From: Chrysomallon squamiferum
Lineage: Eukaryota; Animalia; Mollusca
Length of the DNA stretch: 64,000 nucleotides
Direction of reading: 5' to 3'
Assembly: GCA_012295275.1 (NCBI GenBank)
Contig: CM022670.1
Span: 17,608,001-17,672,000 of the forward strand
A program made the translations under genes and the position numbers. The notes beneath the pieces are model-generated. The model did not search any database, had not been told where the DNA came from, and worked only from the letters and a program-made list of their open reading frames with translations. Every line of letters begins with the position of its first letter. The stretch's first letter is position 1. This document shows, one piece after another, positions 12,996 to 25,770 of this stretch.

Positions 12996-15596
12996 ATGAA
13001 TCCTGTGCAGAAAATTATTAAATTGGATCCATCACTGAATGAGCAACCAATTTGTGTTGGTCCATTTCATATAGTGCCAAATACATTAAGCACAACCAGT
13101 CAGTACCAACCATTGGTTATGCAGTCACAGCCAATCCCATCACCAGTTTTGACACAACTCGTAATGCCAGAACATACTAACAATCCATATACTTGTACTC
13201 TGGTTGTAAATGAAGCAAATTTGCCAAATCAAACTTCCAGACCATCTCTCACGGTTAGCAAAGAAGAGGAAAATGTTCCAGTGTATCAAAGTAAAGCCTC
13301 TAGCAGTGAACTAGGCCGAATAGTACGACCAGCCAGTCCAACACAACAGTGTATGATATCGGCAGAAGATGAAGGTCATATAGGACACATGCTGAAGGAG
13401 ATGGACATGATTAACCTAACAGCTGGAGAAAGAATCTGTGCTTTGTCATCAAAGTCATTGTATGTTTCAAATGCTGGAGCCTTGATTTCCACAATAGACA
13501 TTCCATACTACTGGTGTAACTTCTGTCCTTTCAAAACAGAACAAAAACTTCTGCTGTTGAAACATCTAATGAGTCATCGGTTTATATGTAAATTTTGTCG
13601 TTTTCAATCATACACCCGAAGTGAAGTTGTTCTGCACACTATATCAGCTCATAAAAAAAATTCTGATGATCTGAAGTCTTATACACTCTTGCCAGATTAC
13701 CTTCGTTCACAGTTATATAAAGAAAATGACACTAATAAGGAAAACACGGGAACTAAAGAAAATGGAGATAAAAGTGTTGATCATGAAAAGAATGATAACA
13801 TCACCAATTCTGGAGTTGATATAAGTCCAGAGACATCAAATGCACATAAAAGCTCCTCTGGGTTAAAAAGCATAGAAAAAACATTGGTTAAAACTTATAA
13901 AAGTAAGCAAAATATTCCAGAAACAAACAAGTCAGATGAAATAAAAAATGCTGAAAGTCCACAAAAGAATGAAAATGAGACCACAAATAGTCATGACGAT
14001 TTTGGTGTTTGTTTTCAGTGTTGTACTTGTGGACTGAGGACAGTGCATAAAGAACTCATTGAAAAGCATCTGGCAGAAGCAAATCATCACAAAACAGACT
14101 CAACAACTGGAAAGAAACCTTACATTTTGAAAATAATAAATGCTTCTGAGAAACTGAAACTGGAACAGACAGACAAAGTGTGGTTATCAGAAGATAACAA
14201 ATCTGCTAGGCGCAGTCAGAGAAGATCAAAACCAGAATTTTGTAAGTTGTTTAATAATGGTGATTGTTTTGATGATGAAGACAATGACTGGAGTGGGTAT
14301 GATGATGATGATGATGATGATGAAGATTATCTTCCAGCAGTGCAAAAAGGAACGAAAAAAAGAAAATTAAATCACAGTAGTAAAAATACTGCTAAGAGCA
14401 GTTTCTCTGATGTAAGTATTGAGATTGATACTGCATCAGAACCTTCAGAGGATATAGGTGTCCGAAGTTACTCAATATCTTGTCTCAATGTAACAACTGA
14501 TAATCCAATAAATGTAAGTCCAAAGAAGATAGTTGCCAGAGACATATACCAGAACTGTCTTATTAATGTTGAGAATGAATCACCAATGGTCATAAAAAAA
14601 GAGCAAGATACTGATCAGGGAATGTTATATGATGTTACACCAAAGTCCAAGGAAATAATTTGTAGACCTGACGTAATTATGACAACCACTGCTAATTTAA
14701 ATCTTGTCTCATCCACCACAGGTGTTATGTCATCCTCAATGACAACTAGGTCAGCATTACATTCAGCTTTGAAACCTATCTCTTCAGTGAATCCTCCAGT
14801 ACTTCCTCCAGTAGTGTCTAAGACATTGGCCACTCCAGCTGTGTCAAAGTCGAGTACGTTACAAACTTCAAAAACTACATCACAGATACCCAGCAAAACA
14901 ACTGCTTCAGGATGTACTACATCATCAGGCTCGAAAAATTCAGTTACTAAAACTACTTCTGCTATGTCAAAGTCTAGTGCATTGTCAACTTCAAAAAATA
15001 CATCACAGATACCCAGCAAAACAACTGCTTCAAGACGTACTACATCATCAGTCTCAAAAACTTCAGTTACTAGAACTGCCTCTGCTGTTTCAAAGTCTAG
15101 TACGTTACCAGCTTCAAAAACTACACTGATACCCAGCAAAACAACTACTTCAGGATGTACATCACCAACCTCAACTACTCCTGTTTCAGGCCAGTCAAAA
15201 TCCAAGAAGAAGAAATCATCACCTGTGGCCAAAGCACGTGTCTCAGATATTGACACTGAAACAAAAGGCAATTACAAGTGTGCACACTGTCGTATTACTG
15301 TAGAGAAAGTGATGCTGCTTCGATCACACATTCTAGATAAACACAAAGAAACACCTCTCTATTGTCTAAACATGGATAGAGCTGAAGACGATTCAGCCAA
15401 ATATATGTTATTTTGTCATTTTAAGGACTGCAAGTTTGTCACTGGAAACAGATCAGACTTCCTGTCCCATGTTGACACGTGTAAAAACAGTAAAGAAGAA
15501 CTATCAGATGCTGATAAAAAATTACAGGAAATCAATTTCAATTTTGTCTCAGTTACATTTCCCAAGGTGAGTGTGTGAACGTGTTACAGTGAATAT

Positions 15597-15638
<42 letters not shown>

Positions 15639-16423
15639 GAGGGAGAGTGAGAGAAAATGTCATTTTAATAAAATCACAATATTTGACATAAATTTGTTAT
15701 GGTCATCACAGAACAAGATTTGTTACAAAATATAAACTTATTTTAATCAAACATCTGCAGTTATATTAAGGGAGCAATTGATCATAATACTTTGATGGGG
15801 ATCCTCTTCAGAGTATTTTAGTACCATGAAAATTAAAATAATTATTATTTTTTATTTTTTTTATTTAATTGTTTTTTTTCATTAACTTTTCATGAATCAT
15901 TTCATGTACATCTTTTTTGGACAACGTTTAAAAAAAAAAAAAACATTATATATAGAAAGTTTATATCTTGGAATTTGTGGTTCAGCATAATAATTATTAT
16001 GTTAATATGTCTTTGATAAGATATATCTGATGGAAATATATCTCAGTATTGTCATCTTTTTAAAATGTAATAAAGGATCATCCCATGTAAAGTTACCCAA
16101 AATGTTTAAAAATCCTAACCACAGCAATAAGATACATATAAAACCAGGAGTTTTTGTTAAATTCCATGTGGTCAACTAAACTGACAAACAAATGTTCTTG
16201 TTTTTATGATAGAATTAGCATTTAATTTTTAAATAATGCTTAAATTTGATAAATATGAAGAAAAAAAAAGTTTCCAAATTACTTCTTCCTACTGAAAGAT
16301 AGGAAAACTTCAAGTGCAGATGGAAGTACTTTATCTACTTGACCCCATTCATTTCAAGTATTGTATAATTTTTTGATTATTATTAAATTTTTTATTTTTC
16401 AGTTAATAATGTTAACTAAGTAG
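12996..16423 (+). CDS. C2H2 zinc-finger protein 1 (spaced fingers, ~863 aa)
   Basis: Large exon with ATG at 12996, donor AAG|GTGAGT at 15566/15567, probable last exon 16403-16423 (LIMLTK*). Fingers YWCNFCPF..H, FICKFCRF..H, FQCCTC..H, YKCAHC..H, FCHFKDCKF..H. Acidic and S/T-rich linkers. Confidence 0.85.
14841..15165 (+). repeat. Coding tandem repeat, 123-bp (41-aa) unit, ~2.6 copies, S/T/K-rich
   Basis: Units start at 14841, 14964 and 15087 (xSKSSTLxxSKTTSQIPSKTTASG...). Confidence 0.85.
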
Positions 16424-19405
16424 AAGTGCCAGAAGCAGATTGTATTTGAAGACATTAATCTAGAACTACTGATGAAACAGAGATGATCAAGCTGGTCAGT
16501 GAAGATTGCTGTATGATGTACTGGACTGAAAACAAGAATTTTTTTAAAACATAATTGTTTAAATTTTACTTAGACATCCATAGCCACTGAAAATTGAAAG
16601 CAGAAGAGGCAAAATTATTTTATTTCTATTTTTATTATTTTTTATTATGACAAGCTGATTGTCACTATTTCTGTAAAAATAAGACGTGAAAACTCTTCTT
16701 AATTTATATTTTATTTTGTGTTTTTAGCGTTGGCCAACAAATAAAATAACCCTTGCTGCCGATAAGTGTTTCCCATAATTAATTCATTAAGAATTAATAT
16801 AAAATATTTTGTTAATGATTAATACCTAGTCAAAAAATGGGTACCATGTTTGGGCATTATCAGAGTTACATGCTATATATGTAGAGTATTTTAAGATAAC
16901 AAATATCAGAAATTCTTTGATGATTTTTAACCATTACAAAAATACCCAGTATATACTCACTGTTATAAAACTGCAATAAATTGAGGGCATTATTGAGAAC
17001 ACAAAAAACCATTTTGATTGGTGACCAAATAACAGGCAGTCTTGAAAAATTGTCAGGGGAGAAAATTATTTGCTTTATTCATATCTACATATTTTAGTGA
17101 TTGTTCCTGTATCATTTTTTGAACTTTTTTGAAAAATCATATTCAGCTACACATGCAATACTTATTACACTTCATAATTACCTTTTATTTTTATATATTT
17201 GCTGTTCATTCTTAAAATGTAGTGTGCAGATATATTGTGTAGATAGAAGTAAATGATCATGTAGGTAGAAACATTGTATATATCAACTAGTCTCTATATT
17301 CGGTTAATATAAATATATCTTAGTTATAGTTAAAAAAAATTGTTTATAGACATAAACACATAAAACCATTTGTGGCCTTTGAAATTGAATTATTAACTAC
17401 ATGTATTGAAAGTAAATAAGCAGACAATGATCTATCATAAGCAAAATTCACAGATTTCCTGTGATATGCATCAAAAAGAAACAGATTCAATAGAGGTTTC
17501 AAAACACATTTCATTAAGAAAAGAAATTTAAAAATTAAAATCAATTTTAAAAAAATGGATAATTGTATTGATTATATTAAATTAGTATTTGAAATACCCT
17601 ATGTGAATTATACCATACTGTAAGATTCAAATAGTCATTTGTCTAATATATAATTCTGAAATATCTGTAGAGAAACCACATTTGAATGGTAACACTATGG
17701 TAATGCATTAATAGTTTAGGCAGTTAGAAACTGAAAAAAAGATACAGTATATTAAAGTTAAAAAAAAAAAAAAAAAACATTTAAAAAAAGTAAATAAAAT
17801 ACATATAAAATTATATAATGTATACAGGCACAATGTGTCAGGAAATGGTTTGTGAGGACTCTGCCAGTGAGTTCCAACATATTTCTGTTAGACAAAAACT
17901 TACTGATGTGCAGTTAGAATATCATACAAAATAAAATGTTTTAAAACAGTTGGTTGCACTTGTCTGTAATTTCTTATAGTTTTAGACAAAAATCTCTCAA
18001 AGATTTATAAGATTTATAGTATTTTGTTTTTCATACTAAATAAGATACCTAGGATTGCAGTTAATCCAAAAGCCAAGTTTCAATACCTTTAACTTCAGAA
18101 GTTGAACGGAATACTAAATTAGATAGTCTGTTACATGTAACAAAACTGAAGTTTTTGTAATTAAATAATTAAGATTAACGTTTGGAAACAACTGGTTTAT
18201 GTGTATGTATATGTGTGTATCCCAGCCTCTTATTACTCCAAACTACATACACATATAATACTATGTAATGGCAAGGTGTGATAATTATAAAAATACTAAA
18301 TTTTCAGACACTGACCTAAAAATAAGAGCTTTTTCAGATGAAACTATTTCTTTCGATAAATTACTTCTTTACATACATACACACACACATAAATATTTCT
18401 ATTTAATTGCTGGTTTACATATTAAAAGGCCATTTTGAAAAAATTTGAATGTTGAATGTATCTTGGCATAGTCTTACTGCAATTCAGCATTTTCACCTTT
18501 GTAGGATAAAGCTGATACATTAAGTCTACTTAACTGGTTATTAACCAGTGATTCCCAACGTGCATGTACATGTGTACAATATGTGTGTATGTAGATTACA
18601 TATTATGTATGTATGTGTGTGTCTGTGTGCAGATTATATATATATGTTACAGATGGTAATGGGATTGTCTTTTCAGTCTATCAACAATTATATAACATCA
18701 CAAATGTAATCAACCATTTTGGTTTTCTGGCATGATTAACCAGATGTAAAGTTAATCTAAAATATAGTCTACTGAGGAGTTAACCGGCATTCATATATCC
18801 AAAACAAAAAGTAAGTCTTCCAATTTCGTTTATCAAATGACGTTTAGAAATTACTGACTTTATAATTATTTTTAAAGTTAAAGTTCACACGTGCCAGAAT
18901 GTTTATCTTTGTCCGATTTTCCGCACTAGAAGGATCGAACAATTTCTATCGACTGTTTACGTCAGATTTCTGGAATAAACGAACGACATTCTCGCCAGAC
19001 TTTCGTGAAAATGTAATGCTGGTTTTTCAAGTTCGGTATCATCTAGCTATTACAGAAATTTGTGTCTGTTAAAACACAAAATGAAAGGTTGTTTACGCAC
19101 CAATTAAACATACATTCGATTCATTATAGGCTCAAAGTTGACTCTTTAATTTATTTATTACATAATATATCAGAAGAATAAAATTCATGATTAAAATATA
19201 TAAATACGCAAGCTAACCAAAAGGATGGTATCTTTCGAAAAATTCAAAGTATGTGAACAAATAATTGTTGTGGTAGACCTGCTGTCTAATTTCATTTTTT
19301 TTTTTTTTTAAATGTTCACCAGGCGTCAGTATTTAACATGTATTTACATACCGAAAGGACAAGACATTTCTAGTAAAAAGGTAAAATAAATATATAAATA
19401 AATAA

Positions 19406-19447
<42 letters not shown>

Positions 19448-19599
19448 ATTTTAAAAATGCATTTATTTCATTCTAGAACTCCTTCCTACAGCATAGGCTG
19501 TTAAACTTCATGTTTTAACATGTGATCTTATTTTGGTATAGTGTTTTTCGAATGTTTTGTTCCAACTGATTCCACGGGTAGAACAGTAAATCACTGCAA

Positions 19600-19945
19600 A
19601 CTGGCTCTTGGCTGCAGAAATAACGCCCCTTGATGGTGACGTCATCCTTGAGCGTCATGTTCTCGGCAGCACTGTGAACAAGGAGAAGAAGAGTAACGCG
19701 GTCAATACTTTGGGTTTTGCTTGACAAAATTTGCATTAAGTACACAGTTTTTCATAATTATTGCTTAAAATACATAACGCAGGTAAGTTTGCTGTTAATG
19801 AAATTTTGACTCAAATGAAAAACATATTATTTATGAAGCTGCGTACACCAACACGATCAGACGATAGAGGCCCTACATTTTTGCTCTATTTTTCACTTTT
19901 TTTGTGTATGTAACCATATACGTGACCCCGACCTAGTCCGCCATT
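19600..19945 (+). promoter_or_regulatory. Promoter and non-coding first exon of ZNF gene 2
   Basis: CpG enrichment, TGACGTCA near 19637, consensus donor CAG|GTAAGT at 19782/19783, CCGCCAT (YY1-like core) near 19938. Confidence 0.55.
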
Positions 19946-20698
19946 GGAAATATTCGGTGGGGGGAATTAAATAGGTTAAGTAATGTGCTCAGTGTGTTTA
20001 TTGATGGAGATCATGCATAATTATGTATGCTATATTGTTACGGAATTTATTAATTTGTACACACATAATTTTTCAGCTGCTGTGACTGATCGCCAAAATA
20101 TTAAAACAGACGAGCGTAATATGTGATGAGGTTCAGTGTATTTTGCCTTTAAGTTTAACAATAACTGTTAATTATTCGTTTGTTACGTATGAATTAAACA
20201 AAAGAACCACATAAAACTACTACTACTAATAATAATAAATAATAATAAATAAATGTAACAGAAGAAAAAAATGGGTATTTGATCATTTGTTATTTAGTAT
20301 TTTTGGTTTTAAAGTTAAATTTAAGTCATTCTGTTTAAAAAGTTTCCTAAATTGACGAGAACTTTGGTTATATATTTTCTCATGAACATAGTTATCAGCT
20401 GGAAAATAATGTTTGTGGATAAATGAAGTAAATAATATACATAGCCACAGGATTAAGCCTTTAACCATAATGATATTTTGGACAGTTTGTCACAATAAAA
20501 TAGTTTTAATTAACGTGTAGAAATGTAAAATTCATTACTTTTTATAGAAATGCTTAATGAGTCTATTTTATGGTGTATTTTATGCTGAACATGTCCATTT
20601 AAATTTTAAAAAAATGAAAGAAAATGATTAAGCTATTTCTTTATTTTTGCAAGGATATTTAATTGAAATGTTTTTATTTTTTATTTTAAATCAGAAAC

Positions 20699-23600
20699 AT
20701 GAGTGACAAATCATCAGGAGATGAGCAGCAGTCAGAAAGACTCTTTATTCAGGGATATCAGGTTTTCTGCAATGAAGCAGGTAACTTGTTTATTTTTAGT
20801 ATTTTTCTAATACTTTTTAAATTTTACTTTTTTGTTTTATTTTGAATATTGTAAAATTACATTTATTAAGTTAATGCTAATGATTATTAGGTATAGAATA
20901 TGTCTTGCACACAAATAATGGAAGAAACCTGCTTCTGCATTCCACATTAGTTCTAGATGATTTGCAAGAGATTTTCCATCTGCATCTTATAGAGAACTCA
21001 TCTTTCATTTACAAAATTATGGATTATAATCTGTGCACTGGAAGAAAAAATAAGGTGTTATCCTAAAAATGTTTGGTCCATGTAAGCTATTTATTTATGA
21101 AATTTTTTTTTTTTTCAAAACTAATTTTTATTTGTTATGAATTCTATCTTCATGATATGACAGGAGTAAATTAGTATTAATGATTTTATTCCACAACTGT
21201 TGTTTCAGGTCAGGCAGATTCCACTGCAGTTACCGGCTCACCTGGCAATACATCAGATGAGAAAGATCCTGATGACCTTCCAGTCACATTTGAAGTGAAA
21301 AGAGAACCAGTGGATCCTGACTATGAGAAAGTGGCAAGTCCAATGTCTACTCAAAGTCCAGCAGCAACACCAGCTTCAGCTGTAATGCCAGTTATTTCAG
21401 TCCCCTCTCCACGTCAAAGACCTCAACTCAAAGATGTTTTGCCAAGATTGAAACAAATGCAGCAAATGAATGCTTCAGCTCCTGTTAATGTCATTGATGA
21501 ATTGGTGAAAAAGAATGAATTTTTGCTTGCCAAGAATGATACAGGAGACTACAAGCCATATTCGCGTAAAACTAGAAATCCAGCTGATCTAAAACATCCT
21601 GAAAACCTGATGGAAGTTAGTTCACAAACTTTCCTGGTTTCACCAACATCACAGGCCAGAATATCTGCAATAAAACCAGAAACTGGAAATAAACAAAAAG
21701 ATGCTCGTTATGGGAAAATACTGCGACCTCGAAGTCCTACAAGAAAATGCAGCATTCCAGAGAAGGACAAATCTCATTTTAATTATGCACTGATAGAATC
21801 AAATGTAAAAGATAAGTCCAGTGATAAGATTTTTAAAGTTCAGACTCATGAGATGGTGTGTGCTGTGACATGTAAGGCAATGTTTATGACTCAGGGAGGA
21901 GCATTCAAGGGTGACTTTGATCTCCAATTCTACTGGTGCAATTTCTGTACATTCCATACCACCAACAAATCACAGCTCATTCAACATGGCATGGAACACA
22001 GGTTTCACTGTAAGTTCTGTCGCTACCAGTCATTTTCAAGAGCTGATATCATTCATCATTCAGCAAAAGTACATGCAGATGCTTTTAGAGAAACTGCCAA
22101 TTCAATGAAGTACTGCATACTTTTGTCAGATTACCTACAAATTTATTCTCAGGATACCGATGAAGATCGAAAAAAAAGGGCAGCACCAGATGACGAAGAT
22201 GATGGTAATGAAAGTCCACCACAGAAAACAGCTAAATTAGAAGGAAGATCTGTTGATTCTCTCTCTGCAGATGAACTAAAGACTTTACAGAATGACTATC
22301 AGATCTTTGACATGGAAGTTGAAACAGTTGAAGAAGCTGATAAGAATTCTGTAACTGATGATACACTTGCAGCTTCAGATAGACAGTTTATTGCTGATAG
22401 TGGCTTAGATCCTTATGAAACATCACAGTCAGTGAACAGTTTAGTAAATGCTGAAACATCTCTTCAGTCTAACATTTTGCAGAATATTACTTCTAAATCT
22501 ATGTCCAACTCCAGATCTGCACCCATACCTGTCAGTCTTGTTGCTTCATCTACTAGACCTGTCATGTATTCAAAACTGGCAGCTCCAGCAGTACCTGTTG
22601 GACAATTACTTGTACAGAACATTGCCAATACATCAGTAAAACCACCCATGGCAACACAAACACCAATACAGCCTCATCCTCGTCCACCCCCACCCCCACC
22701 ATCTAATAAACCAAAACCTGGCCCAGGGACAACAGTGTCCTCAAGCTTATACTGGAGTTGTGGTTACTGTAGTTTTACCAGCCACAGCCAAAGTGAGATT
22801 AAAGAACATTCCCAGAAATCACACCGAGGAAAGCCTCATCGATATGTGGCTTTGATCATGCCTTCAGAAAAACAGTCTCAGAATGGTCAGAACTCAGAAG
22901 GAGGGAAAAATTCACATGATGGTAACATTGAAATAGATAATGCAGAGGAATTGGCTGATTCAGTACCTGTGGAAAGTGAAATAGAATCATTCAAATGTTT
23001 TCACTGCAGTTTTTTGGTCAAGAAACCAGAACTTATTAAAGATCATCTGTTTGCTAAACATCCCAGTTTGAGCATGGTTGGTGTTGACATACATTCAAGA
23101 AGACTAAAAAATATTTTCTATTGTCCTAGAGATGACTGTCCATTTAGAAGCAAGAATCCAGCAATGTATCAGTCCCATGTGGAGAGATGTACACCTTGGC
23201 ATATGAAAGATTTGAACATAGCTGTGGAAAAGCATCTGTTGGATTGCCTGGAGAACACAATCAAATTTAGCAAAGCAGTTCAGCTTAAGGAGCAGGTAAG
23301 CAAAAAACTTGGTGAATTGTCTTGTATCTATTGCCTTTTTAAGTCACATATCTCAAGCAGGGTTAAGCAACATGTGATGACAAAGCATCCACTTGAAGAG
23401 AAGGTTATTCAGCCACTTCAGTCACGTAGCTCAAGATTCCACTGTTTGATTTACTTTTGCACTCTGTGCTCTTGGCACACCAGAATGAAACGCAGGCTGT
23501 ACAAACACATGTCATCTTCACACAAAATTAAAAGCCATAGTGTTCTGTCTGGAAAAACCTCAGGATCATGTAGTCAGGATCATGTTGAAAAGCTGAAGGT

Positions 23601-25770
23601 AGTTGCTTCCAATAAAATGGAGGTTGTTACCAGAGATGCTGTGAAAAAGGATTATAAAAAGATTAGCTGCTCATTTGAAAACAAAGAAAATGAAAATAAG
23701 TTTGAACAGGTGAAAAAGGAAAATGCCATTCTTTCTGAAAGTACAGCATTATTAAACATACCTCATGATTGTTTCTATACTGATCACACAGATGAAACTG
23801 TGTACCATTGCCTCTATTGTTCTAGAAAATACACAGGTTTATCTGCTATAAAAACTCATCTGCATTTGTTGCATTCATATCAGAAAATGCAAACTGCAAA
23901 TGTTGAGAGATGTAAAAATGGTGAAAAGTGCATATTTTTCATATGTCCTGAAGATTCTTGCAGAGCTTTATACACACAGGAATCTATGTTAATCAAACAT
24001 GTTTTGAACCATAAATCAATGCAACTTCCATTCTTTGTTGTCAAGACAATGCAGTCTAAAATACACAGTGAAAATTTGAATTTGACATCAGCAGAAACTA
24101 AATGTGTCAATGCTTTAAATACTCCAGACTCTGTATCATGTTGTGCAAATCAAAATTCTAAAATATCAATTTCAGAATCTGTAGTGCCACAGTCATTTTC
24201 AGTTATAAACAGCACAAATATTGGTTGTACCAGCAACTTGAGTTCAGAGAGTATGAATCAGTACTCTGTCATTGCTTCAGCTGCTCCAAGCAGAGTTAAA
24301 ACCTCAGCAAATGATACTGACAAATTACAAATTTCTTCATTTTCTACAGACAGTTTTAATCCAACAGTCAAACTTAGTGATGTAATTCTTACTAACAAAT
24401 CAACGTCAATTGTAAAACTACCATGTTCAGATGGCATAGAAATTTCCTCTAGTAAATTGGATCAGAGGACTTCTTCAGTCAAATTAGATATTCCACCCCT
24501 TACAACAGACATTCATCAGTCTAATACTGTACATCAAAAACCTAAATCACTTAACACTGATACAACCCAATCTCAATTTGGTACAGCCCAGACACAGCTT
24601 GACACAACTAAATCTGCAAATGTGGCTAAAGCAGGTGTTGGACAGAGGACAGTTGGATCTCAGTGCTTTAAACCTGGATCATCTAAAAGAGTTTCAAAAG
24701 TTTTCCCTAACAAACCAGAAACAGTTGTAACTGATACAGATCTATCTAAAACAGTTCATGTTGAAATATTCAAGGTCTCCAAGTCAGAATCAGAACAAGA
24801 TACAGAGTCCAGTTCTTTTGAGCAGTGTTCACTTTCACAGACTGATCTTTGTAAATCAGATGAAAACACTGAGTCAAAAAATGATCCAGCAATGTGTGAT
24901 GTAAAGCAAGAATTTAAATCTGATTCGAAAGAAAAATCTGATAGTGTGTTGATAGATGATGTAGTCAAGTTGGTAAATGTTAAATGTGACACTGACAGTG
25001 AAAGTAATACTGGATTCAAAGATTCCACAGGGATGAAAACATGTAGGAAAAAATGCTTGGCCCTTGATGAACTTAAGTACATTTGTAAATTCTGTGAGTT
25101 CAGTCATAAAAATGCATTAGCAGTAAAACTGCACATCACTGATAAGCATCCAGGGAAAAAACTGGAAATGTTTCACAACAACAGTAATGAACAAAAAATG
25201 TACTTCATGTGTCCTGTTAAAGCATGCACATTTTTTTTCCCAGAAAAAATAAATTTGGTCCAACACTGGCAGATGGTTCATGAAAAAAAGGCTAAAACTG
25301 TTAAGAAATCTACAGAAAGAGATAGACTGAGTTCTGGTTCAGAAGTTAGTCCAGACTCCAAAAACAAAATGCTTTATGAATGTTTATATTGTTTTAATAG
25401 TCACATGGAGCCAGATTTGAAAACTATGAAAAGGCACTATGAAGAAAAACATGAAGGACAAGTTATGATCATGAGAGACTTGAAAATTGCCTCACTTAGA
25501 AATTCGCGAATAATAGTTTGTTCGCATCCTGAATGCATGTTCTGGAAAAATAATATCAAAGATGAGGCATTTCAGTATCACCAGTTAGCACACAAAAACT
25601 TGAATGTTTATGAATGTTCTATGTGTGACTGGTTTACACATGATAAATGTGAGGCTACAGAACATATTTTGTTGGCTCACTCAAAAAGACGAGTTGGTGG
25701 CTTGTTATCCGAGTTCAGACTAAAGTTACAGAAAGACGGAAGTGTTACTAAAATTGCAGTGAAATCTTAA
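20699..25770 (+). CDS. C2H2 zinc-finger protein 2 (~1547 aa, ~14 spaced fingers), paralog of ZNF gene 1
   Basis: Exon 20699-20780 (MSDKSSGDEQ..., phase 1) joins in frame to the 4.56-kb exon 21209-25770. It shares YWCNFC.F.T..K..L..H.M.HRF.CKFCR.QS..R...H with ZNF1. No TGEKP linkers. Confidence 0.9.

Noticed and set aside
14615-15271. 218-aa antisense ORF (similar ones at 5463-5867, 5738-6007 and 24756-25082)
   Set aside because: Shadow frames of repetitive or biased sense-strand coding sequence.
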